DNA from: Candidatus Multivoradales bacterium
GTDB taxonomy: Bacteria; Acidobacteriota; Thermoanaerobaculia; Multivoradales; JAHEKO01
Direction of reading: 5' to 3'
DNA: 64,000 nucleotides
NCBI GenBank assembly: GCA_965223155.1
Contig: CBDCVR010000013.1
Span: forward strand, 544,001-608,000
Made by a program: the position numbers and the translations under genes. Positions 10,913 through 18,434 of the stretch are shown in pieces. Within the stretch, counting starts at the first letter, position 1. Each line of letters opens with the position of its first letter. Below the pieces are notes generated by a model. That model did not search any database. It saw only the letters and a list, made by a program, of their open reading frames with translations, and was not told the origin of the DNA.

Positions 10913-11362
10913 TCAAGTCCCCCAGAATGAATCCTTCAGATAGGTTTCGCCGACCTCCTCGAGGGTCTTGCCACCCTCGACGGGCATCGGCGCGGACTCG
11001 TCCGCGGCGTCCTGGGCCGGGCGCGGCTCGGGCTCTGACCGAGATCCTCGCGCCGCCGTGGAGCCAAGCTCCGGCGCCATGGTCGCCGCCCGCTCGGTAT
11101 CGGAGAAGCCGGCTACGACGCTCTCGTAGCGCGCCAGGATCTGGCTCTCGATCGCGCTCCGGGTCTCATTGTTCAGAGGATGGGCGATGTCCTTGAACTT
11201 GCCACTCCGCTTGCGCCGGCTGGGCATACTGATGAACAACCCGTCCTTGCCCTGAATCACTTTGATGTCGTTGACCATGAAGCACTCGTCGAAAACGATC
11301 GAGACAAAAGCCTTGAGCTTGTCTTCCCCCAGCGGGAACACCTTGATGTCTGTAATCTGCAT
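10913..11362 (-). CDS. spoVG: SpoVG family nucleic-acid-binding protein with C-terminal extension
   Basis: MQITDIKV...LKAFVSIVFDECFMVNDIKVIQG..GLFISMPSRR...FKDIAHPLN. Confidence 0.95.
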   Translation of the reverse strand: MQITDIKVFPLGEDKLKAFVSIVFDECFMVNDIKVIQGKDGLFISMPSRRKRSGKFKDIAHPLNNETRSAIESQILARYESVVAGFSDTERAATMAPELGSTAARGSRSEPEPRPAQDAADESAPMPVEGGKTLEEVGETYLKDSFWGT

Positions 11363-11527
11363 CGTTCTACTCGCGAACGACAGCCGACGCGGAGCGAACC
11401 GCCGGGCCACGCTCCCTTCCGGCCGGCTGCGTGCGCGCCTGCTCCCTCACCGGTGATTTTCCTGGTACCTCGAGAGATCGCGGATCCTCCCCGTCGCATC
11501 GACGAAACGGACTCGCCGCGAGCGCCA

Positions 11528-11556
11528 ATGCTAGGCGTCGTGGGCTGCCCTGTCAA
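11528..11556 (-). promoter_or_regulatory. Sigma70-type promoter for spoVG-tRNA-prs
   Basis: TTGACA-N17-TAGCAT on the minus strand. Confidence 0.75.
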
Positions 11557-11780
11557 CTTGAACGACGGTCCGAAACAGGCCGAGAGTAGCCATCCACCGA
11601 GAGCCCTGGCCCGCGAGGCTCGCCCACGCACGGACACCGAGCTGAAAGCCTCTCGATCGCCCCCGTTGCGCTTCAGCGGGCGCTTCGACCCGGCCCGAGC
11701 CCCGGCCGCTCGCCCTCGGTCGCAAGTTCCTTCTCTCCAGGCGGTTGCGAACTTCCCGACTCGAACCCTGCCGGGGGGGG

Positions 11781-12626
11781 CTAGCCGCCCGCGCCGCCGC
11801 TCGATCGCGCGCTCGAATCGAAGCCGGCGTCGGAGCCCACCGCCGATCCCCAATCCTCGCAGTCCAGCTCGCGGTACCCAGCCGGCACCCGCCCGCTTTC
11901 CGAATCGCTCTCCGCATCGGTTTCGCCACCTTCGAGGGATAGGCTCTCTTCAGCCACCCGGACCCAGCGAAACTGGCTGCCGCCGCGGTGCGACAGGACG
12001 CCCCCGTCACCCTCCAGCGGGCGCCACCACACCCAGGGCTCCCCCGCCTGCCACAGGGTCCAGGAGCGGAGCGCCCCGTCCTCGACCGAGCCGGTCCAGC
12101 GCCGGCCCTCGTCGTCCCGGTACTCGCCGGTCGCGTTGTCGACGGCTTCGAGATGGCCTGGTAGCCGGCCCAGGAGCACCGCCGCCAGCCCGCGTAGAGG
12201 CAGCGATTCGAGGGCCAGATCCGGCAAGCGAAGTCTGTCCCCCGACCGGCAGTAGCTCTTGTCCCGGTCGTCGATGAGGAGCGTCCCCTCCGGATCCACC
12301 AGAATGCGCCACAGGGCTCCCCCAAATCGGTCGCGAGCTTCTAGGGACTGAGACTCGGGCGCCGGCAGACGCAGAGCCAGCCGGATGGTGCCGCTGCCCT
12401 CCCGGCTCTCGATCCGAACTCGAAAAAGGTACTGCTTGGGGTAGGCGCCGGCCGGAACGCCGAGCACCTCCGGCGGCCCGGCCGCGGCGGGCGCTTCGGT
12501 GCCTTGGACGCGAACCGGGCCGGAAAGCGAGGCACAGCCGGCCAGCACCAAGAGTCCGATCAGGAGGGCCGGTGCGCGCGAAGCCGAAGCCTGCGGAGCG
12601 CCGGTGAGGCGCTGCCTAGCCGCCAC
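11781..12626 (-). CDS. Lipoprotein, LolB-like fold probable
   Basis: Lipobox LVLAGC; beta-rich body; directly after a TPR gene, the usual lolB position; GTG start overlaps the TPR stop. Confidence 0.6.
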   Translation of the reverse strand: MAARQRLTGAPQASASRAPALLIGLLVLAGCASLSGPVRVQGTEAPAAAGPPEVLGVPAGAYPKQYLFRVRIESREGSGTIRLALRLPAPESQSLEARDRFGGALWRILVDPEGTLLIDDRDKSYCRSGDRLRLPDLALESLPLRGLAAVLLGRLPGHLEAVDNATGEYRDDEGRRWTGSVEDGALRSWTLWQAGEPWVWWRPLEGDGGVLSHRGGSQFRWVRVAEESLSLEGGETDAESDSESGRVPAGYRELDCEDWGSAVGSDAGFDSSARSSGGAGG

Positions 12627-14589
12627 TTCCGAGCTGCTCGAGCTTGGCCCGGACGGCCTCGGCGTTGTCCGCGTCGAGCTCAAGCGCCTTCTCGTACGCC
12701 GAACGCGCGCGCCCGGGATCGCCGATGGCCCGATACACGTCCCCGAGGTGCTCGTGCACGACGGCATCGTCTCCGACCAGCCGGACGGCCTTGAGCAGGG
12801 CTTCGCGAGCCTCCTCCAGCCGGCCCAACTGAAAATAGGCCCAGCCCAGGGAATCCACGTAGGCGCCGTTGTTGGGTTCGAGCTCTACTGCCCGCTGGAC
12901 GAGGTCCATGGCTTCGTTCAGATTGCGGCCGCTCTCCGCGAACATATACCCGAGATAGTTAAGCGCTGGAGCGAACTCGGCATCCCTGGTCAGCAGTTCC
13001 CGGAACTCGCGCTCCGCGGCCTGGATCCGACCGGTGCGCTCGAGCGCCGCCGCGAGCCAGAACTGAATATCGACGGAATCCGGATCCCGCTTTCGCATGC
13101 CGCGCCAGACCGGAATCGCGTCCTCATAGAACTCCAGCCGCTGCAGAGTGCGCCCGGCCAGCATCTCTCGGCCCTTCAGCCCGGCCAGCGCCACCAGCTC
13201 GCGGCGAGCGTCCCCGGACCGCCCTATGCGCACTAGCGCCTCGGCACGGCCAGCCACCGCACGATCGGCGCTCTCGGCCAGCTCGGCGAGCTCGGCGAAG
13301 AGCGCCAGCGCCTCGTCTGCCCTGCCGGCACCGGCCAGAGCCTGAGCGCGCATCAGCCGCACGTCGGTGCGCCGACCGGGCTCGGAGTCCAGGACGGCGG
13401 CGCCCAGCACTACGTCGCTCGTCGCCACCGCTTCTTGCCAGCTCTCGACCCGTAGCAGAAGCTCCAGCGCCGCGATGCGAGCATCCCGCGCGGTGATCTC
13501 CAGCTCCGTGGCGGCCTCGTCGCTGGCCGGTTCGTCCGGCTCGGCCTCGGCAGCGGCCGCCACTGCCAGCAGCACGTCCCGCGCCTCGCGCCAGCGGCCT
13601 TGCCGCTCGAGGACCTGCGCCAGCGGGCGCCCCATGTCGAGCGAAGTCGGCGATTCGGCCGCCAGGGCTCGCAGCACGCGTTCGGCCTCTCCATGGTCAC
13701 CCACCGCCATAAGGCTCAGCCCCAGGAGATACCGGGCCGGAGTCTCTTCGGGACTGGCCGCGATCCAGCGCCGGGCGGCGGCCAAGCTCTTGTCCCAAGC
13801 GCCAACCCGGTACAGCTCGAAGGTCAACACTCTGAGGACTTCGACCGAGGCCAGAGCGCCGGAACCGCCGGCTTCCAACACCGCCACGGCATCGCCGTGC
13901 CGTCCGGCTCGAGACAGGAGATTGGCAAGCGCCAGCCGGGCCCGCAGCCGGTCCGAGTCGCGCAGGAGAATCCGGCGCAGAACCGATTCGGCCTGGCCTC
14001 GATCCGAACTTCGTTCCAGCGCCTCGACCAGCATGCTCGCGATCTGGCCGTCATCGGGTCGGATCTCGAAGGCCTCCTCGAGCAGTACCGCCGCCTCATC
14101 GAACCGGGTCATGGCCATCAGTACCCGCGCTGGAGACACGCGCGACTCGACGTCCTCGGGATCCAGTTGCCGCAGCCGGCGGAAGTACTGAAGCGCCCGC
14201 TCGATGGCCCCTTCCGACTTGTCCGAGCGGCGGAACTCGATCCGGGCGGACAGGCGCCAGGGCTCGGTGGCCCCGGGCAGAAGCCGCCGCGCGGCCGCCG
14301 CCTGCTCGGCCGCCCGATCCAGCTTGCCGGCCTGGTACAGGAATTCCGCGTACCCGAGCCGAAGGTAGGGCGCGTCCGGTTCCAGCTCGACCGCTGCAGC
14401 GAAGGTCTCGTCCGCGCGCTGGAAGTCGGAGCTGTGGCGGTACTGCTGGGCAAGGGCGTAGAGGTAGTACGGATCCTGACCGCTTCGCCGCTCGGACTCC
14501 GCCGCACCCGAGGGCACGGTCGCCAGGCCGAGCGCGACGGCCGCCAGCATCAGCGCGCTCCATCGAGCTGGCCTTGGGTTCCGCCTCAC
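12616..14589 (-). CDS. Exported tetratricopeptide-repeat protein
   Basis: Signal peptide, many TPRs, and C-terminal ALNYLGY...YVDSLGWAYF...HLGDVY motifs. Confidence 0.9.
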   Translation of the reverse strand: MRRNPRPARWSALMLAAVALGLATVPSGAAESERRSGQDPYYLYALAQQYRHSSDFQRADETFAAAVELEPDAPYLRLGYAEFLYQAGKLDRAAEQAAAARRLLPGATEPWRLSARIEFRRSDKSEGAIERALQYFRRLRQLDPEDVESRVSPARVLMAMTRFDEAAVLLEEAFEIRPDDGQIASMLVEALERSSDRGQAESVLRRILLRDSDRLRARLALANLLSRAGRHGDAVAVLEAGGSGALASVEVLRVLTFELYRVGAWDKSLAAARRWIAASPEETPARYLLGLSLMAVGDHGEAERVLRALAAESPTSLDMGRPLAQVLERQGRWREARDVLLAVAAAAEAEPDEPASDEAATELEITARDARIAALELLLRVESWQEAVATSDVVLGAAVLDSEPGRRTDVRLMRAQALAGAGRADEALALFAELAELAESADRAVAGRAEALVRIGRSGDARRELVALAGLKGREMLAGRTLQRLEFYEDAIPVWRGMRKRDPDSVDIQFWLAAALERTGRIQAAEREFRELLTRDAEFAPALNYLGYMFAESGRNLNEAMDLVQRAVELEPNNGAYVDSLGWAYFQLGRLEEAREALLKAVRLVGDDAVVHEHLGDVYRAIGDPGRARSAYEKALELDADNAEAVRAKLEQLGSGG

Positions 14590-14618
14590 GCGGCCACGAT
14601 ACCAACGGGGCCGTTTTC

Positions 14619-14648
14619 TTTACAACTCGAAACCAGCCTTCCTATAAT
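14619..14648 (+). promoter_or_regulatory. Sigma70-type promoter for the MshEN gene
   Basis: TTTACA-N18-TATAAT. Confidence 0.65.
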
Positions 14649-14707
14649 CCGGACTGAGCGTGGTAACCACTGACAAATACGGACTTTAGGGCTACCGAGC
14701 AACGACC

Positions 14708-15922
14708 ATGGCCAAGAGCGAGTTGGGAGTCGTGCTCTCGTCCCACGGCTGGATCACGGCCGACCAGCTTCGGGACGGGATCGAGCGCCAGCGGCACTTC
14801 GGTGGCCGCATCGGAACGTGCCTGCTCGAAACCCGTGCCTTGACCGAGGCCCAACTGCTGCAAGCTCTGTCCGAGCAACTGGACCTGCCTACCGCCAGCC
14901 GCACGGATCTGGCCCGGGCTCCGAGCGAAGTCGTCGAGCTCCTGCCTGCCGGCGTCGCCATCCGCTGCGCCGCGGTTCCCTTCCAGAAGAGCGGGTCCCA
15001 GATCGACGTGGCGCTCCTGGACGCCGGCGACCTGGCGCTCGAGGACGAGCTGTCGTTTTCGCTAGGCAGCCGGATCCGCGCTCACGTCGCCTCGGAGGCC
15101 GCGATCGTCGAAGCCCTCCACCGCCACTACGGCGCGCCGGTTCCGCTCCGCTTCCGCGCCCTGCTGGATCTGCTGGGCGGCAACGGCGCCCGAGCCCGAG
15201 CCGAGGGCGATGAAGGCGCCAGCGCCGCTCACACCCCCATCCCGGCGTCCCTTCGAGCGGACGCTCCGGAGCGTACGGAGCGCACCCTGACCAAGGCGCC
15301 GCCCAAGTTCGAGCGCCGCACCATCCCGCTGACCGATGCCGAGCGTGAGGCGCTCGAAGCCAGCCGGCTCTCGATCCAAGCCCCCGGGGGCGAGCTAGCA
15401 CCGCCCGAGCCGGCGACGAGCGGCACGGCACTGGAGGCGGAGTTCGCGGAGCGCCTGAGCCGGGCCGAGACAGCGTCTCAGATCGGCGCCTTCCTCACCC
15501 GCACTCTGGTGCGGCACTTCGAACGCGTTCTTCTCTACCGCGTCTCCTCGTCCCGGGACGAGGTCTCGGGCTGGATTGGCGAGGGTCCGGGCATCGACTT
15601 CGAATGGCTGCGGCACTATTCGGTCGGCCTGCACCAAGCTACCGTCTTCCGGCATCTGGCCGAGGGGGCGAGGCTCTACGCCGGGCGGCTGGACCGAACG
15701 CCGGCACACGAGGCCCTGGCCCGCTGCTGGGGCGGCCAGCTCGACCACGAGTGCCTGCTGCTGCCAATTCGGGTGCGGCAGCGCCTTGCCTGCGTGCTCC
15801 TGGCCGACAAGGGCAAGCGGGGTCTGAGCGGGGTCGATCTGGACCTGCTGCAACGGCTCGCCACCAAGACCTCGCTGGCCTTCGAGCGCTGCATCTTGCG
15901 CCGCAAGATGCAGATCTCTTGA
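14708..15922 (+). CDS. MshEN/GspE N-terminal domain protein with a C-terminal GAF-like domain and no ATPase
   Basis: Tandem ELGVVLSSHGWITADQL...Q and RIGTCLLE...LTEAQLLQALSEQ motifs; C-terminal LLLPIRVRQRLACVLLAD is GAF-like. Confidence 0.8.
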   Translation: MAKSELGVVLSSHGWITADQLRDGIERQRHFGGRIGTCLLETRALTEAQLLQALSEQLDLPTASRTDLARAPSEVVELLPAGVAIRCAAVPFQKSGSQIDVALLDAGDLALEDELSFSLGSRIRAHVASEAAIVEALHRHYGAPVPLRFRALLDLLGGNGARARAEGDEGASAAHTPIPASLRADAPERTERTLTKAPPKFERRTIPLTDAEREALEASRLSIQAPGGELAPPEPATSGTALEAEFAERLSRAETASQIGAFLTRTLVRHFERVLLYRVSSSRDEVSGWIGEGPGIDFEWLRHYSVGLHQATVFRHLAEGARLYAGRLDRTPAHEALARCWGGQLDHECLLLPIRVRQRLACVLLADKGKRGLSGVDLDLLQRLATKTSLAFERCILRRKMQIS

Positions 15923-15948
15923 CCGCGGCGACCGCTCTGGCCCGTTCG

Positions 15949-15978
15949 TTGACTCGTTTCTGAAGCCGCTGCTACACT
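15949..15978 (+). promoter_or_regulatory. Promoter for the HU/IHF gene
   Basis: TTGACT-N18-TACACT with an extended -10 TG. Confidence 0.6.
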
Positions 15979-15991
15979 CCACGCCCCGCCC

Positions 15992-16258
15992 ATGATCAAG
16001 GTCGATCTCGTCAACAGAGTCGCTGAAGTTTCCGACGTTTCTCGGGTAAAAGCCGCGCTGGCGGTCGACACGATCTTGACGGCAATGAAGGAGGCTCTCC
16101 GGGACGGCAAGCGCATCGAGCTGCGCGGCTTTGGAGTCTTTCAGGTGCGGGATCGCAAGCGGGGCGTGGGCCGCAATCCCAAGACCGGAGTCGAGGTCGC
16201 GATCGAGCCCGGCAAGACGGTCCGCTTTAAGCCCGGCAAGGGTTTGCGCGATATCTAG
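15992..16258 (+). CDS. HU/IHF family DNA-binding protein
   Basis: IELRGFGVF...R.GRNPKTG..V.I....VRFKPGK. Confidence 0.96.
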   Translation: MIKVDLVNRVAEVSDVSRVKAALAVDTILTAMKEALRDGKRIELRGFGVFQVRDRKRGVGRNPKTGVEVAIEPGKTVRFKPGKGLRDI

Positions 16259-17270
16259 CGAGCCTCGTCCCGGCGCCTCGCCCGGCCCGGCCCGAGCGCC
16301 GTACGGGCAGGAAGCCCCGGCCTCGCTGCCCACGGCCGGAGGCGGCCGACCGAGCGCTGGACAGCTGGCGCTCGCCGTCACCCTGTTCGCCGTCAGCCTG
16401 TTCTCGACGACGACCCTGGGCGCCGTCTGGACTCTCTTTACCCACACCGAGAAGATGACCGCCCTGCCGCCCTGGCTGGGTGCCGACGCGATCCGCGCGG
16501 TGTGGACGGATCCCGAGCTCCTGCGCCTGGGGCTCTCCTTTTCGATACCCCTGCTCTTGATTCTGCTGTGCCACGAGCTCGGCCACTACCTGCCTTGCCG
16601 GCGCTACGGCCTCCGCTCGACGCCGCCGTACTTCTTGCCCGCGCCGCTGGCGCTCGGCACGCTCGGAGCCTTCATCCGGATCCGGAGCCCGATTCCGGAT
16701 CGGCGCCGCCTGCTGGTGATCGGCGCGGGCGGCCCGATCGCCGGCTTCGCCGCGCTCCTGCCCTTTCTGCTCCTGGGCGTTCTTTGGTCCGAGCCCGGCG
16801 GCTACGTCCCCGTTGCCGAGGAGACGGCGACCGCGACGCTCTTCCGGCCCGGCTCCTCGCTGCTCTTCGCCGCGGTCAGCCTCGCCGTCCACGGTCCCCT
16901 ACCCGAGGCGACCACGCTCAACCTCCATCCCTTCGCGCTCGCAGCCTGGTTCGGTCTCCTGGCCACCGCCCTCAACCTGCTGCCGGTGGCTCAACTCGAC
17001 GGCGGACACATCCTGTACGCTCTCGTTGGCCGGCGGCAGCACGCACTTCGCTGGCCGATCTGGGGAGCGCTCGCCGCTTGCGGCCTACTCTGGCCCGGGT
17101 GGTTCCTGTGGTGCGGTCTGACTCTGGCGCTCGGCCTCAAGCATCCGCCGGTACGGGATGAGACCGCGCCCCTCGGCCCCGAATCCCGGCGGTTGGCCTG
17201 GCTCGCCCTCGCCATTTTGATCTTGAGCTTCATGCCCATCCCGATCGAAGCCCTGCCCGTCGCCCACTAG
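16251..17270 (+). CDS. Site-2 protease (M50) family membrane metalloprotease; start uncertain
   Basis: HELGH, AGPIAG-like and NLLPVAQLDGGH motifs; multiple TMs; no ATG/GTG/TTG between the HU gene and the first TM. Confidence 0.88.
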   Translation: MSSEPRPGASPGPARAPYGQEAPASLPTAGGGRPSAGQLALAVTLFAVSLFSTTTLGAVWTLFTHTEKMTALPPWLGADAIRAVWTDPELLRLGLSFSIPLLLILLCHELGHYLPCRRYGLRSTPPYFLPAPLALGTLGAFIRIRSPIPDRRRLLVIGAGGPIAGFAALLPFLLLGVLWSEPGGYVPVAEETATATLFRPGSSLLFAAVSLAVHGPLPEATTLNLHPFALAAWFGLLATALNLLPVAQLDGGHILYALVGRRQHALRWPIWGALAACGLLWPGWFLWCGLTLALGLKHPPVRDETAPLGPESRRLAWLALAILILSFMPIPIEALPVAH

Positions 17271-17332
17271 GCGCTTGCCGCGAGAGGCTCCCCGCCAGCG
17301 GTCCGCAGCCGATTTCCTGGCGCCCTACGCCG

Positions 17333-17773
17333 CTACCCGAGGTCCAGAACGAACGTGACCGGACCGTCGTTGACCAGATCGACCTGCATGTTCGCCCCGA
17401 AGCGGCCCTCGGCCACGTCGAGGCCCCGTGCCCGCAAGCCGGCAGTCAGCTCGGCCACCAGGGTCCGCGCCGTCTCCGGCGGCGCCGCCCGCTCGAACGA
17501 CGGGCGCCGGCCGCGGTCCAGACGCGCCGCCAGGGTGAATTGCGAGACCACCAGACAGGCGCCGCCGGCCGCGGCGACGTCCAGATTCATCTTGCCGGCG
17601 CCGTCCGGAAAGCATCGCAAGCCGGCGATCTTGTCCGCCGCCTTGCGCGCGGCGGCGGCATCGTCGCCGGCCTCGATCGCGACCAGCGCCAGGAGACCGG
17701 CACCGATCGAGGAAACCGTCTCGTCTTCGATTCGAACCGCCGCGCGGCGGACTCTCTGCAAGACTATGCGCAC
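17333..17773 (-). CDS. dtd: D-aminoacyl-tRNA deacylase
   Basis: MRIVLQRV, VSQFTL, GRRPSF and NDGPVT motifs. Confidence 0.97.
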   Translation of the reverse strand: MRIVLQRVRRAAVRIEDETVSSIGAGLLALVAIEAGDDAAAARKAADKIAGLRCFPDGAGKMNLDVAAAGGACLVVSQFTLAARLDRGRRPSFERAAPPETARTLVAELTAGLRARGLDVAEGRFGANMQVDLVNDGPVTFVLDLG

Positions 17774-17960
17774 CGTATCGCGTCTCTTCTGGTAGGCGCC
17801 GGACCCGGCTTCGGCGGCGCCGGCGGCGGCCTCGGACGGGTGTTTCCGATCCGAGGCGCCGAATCCCGGCTCCGCTCGGGCCAGCGCCGACCCTGTGATA
17901 CCTTACCCGCTCTTCACCACCACGATCCAACGCTTTCTAAGCCCGTTTCAGGAGATCTCG

Positions 17961-18392
17961 ATGCTCAACAAAGTCATGCTCATCGGCAATCTCGGCCGCG
18001 ACCCCGAGGTGCGCAATACCCCGTCGGGCCAGGCGGTCGCCACCTTCAGCCTGGCCACGAACCGGCGCTGGCGCGACCGGGACGGCAACCGGCAGGAGCA
18101 AACCGAGTGGCACAACATCGTCTGCTGGGGCCGGCAAGCCGAGATCGCCGGCCAGTACCTCGCCAAAGGCCGGCAGATCTTCGTCGAGGGCCGGCTCCAG
18201 ACACGCTCCTGGGAAGACAAGCAGTCCGGTGAGAAGAAGTACCGAACCGAGATCGTCTGCGACAACTTCCAGATGCTCGGTAGCCGTAGCGACACCGGCG
18301 GCGGCTACGGCGGCGGCACCAGCGACTCGGGGCCGAGCTACGGCTCGGCGGGCGGCGACGCTGGTCCCGAGGACGACGACATCCCGTTCTAG
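17961..18392 (+). CDS. ssb: Single-stranded DNA-binding protein
   Basis: [14 protein letters not shown]...TEWH...[10 protein letters not shown]; DDDIPF tail; AGGAG RBS. Confidence 0.98.
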   Translation: MLNKVMLIGNLGRDPEVRNTPSGQAVATFSLATNRRWRDRDGNRQEQTEWHNIVCWGRQAEIAGQYLAKGRQIFVEGRLQTRSWEDKQSGEKKYRTEIVCDNFQMLGSRSDTGGGYGGGTSDSGPSYGSAGGDAGPEDDDIPF

Positions 18393-18434
18393 TTTCGCCC
18401 TTCCTCCGGCTCTCGCCGGCGCCAACGTCGGCCG

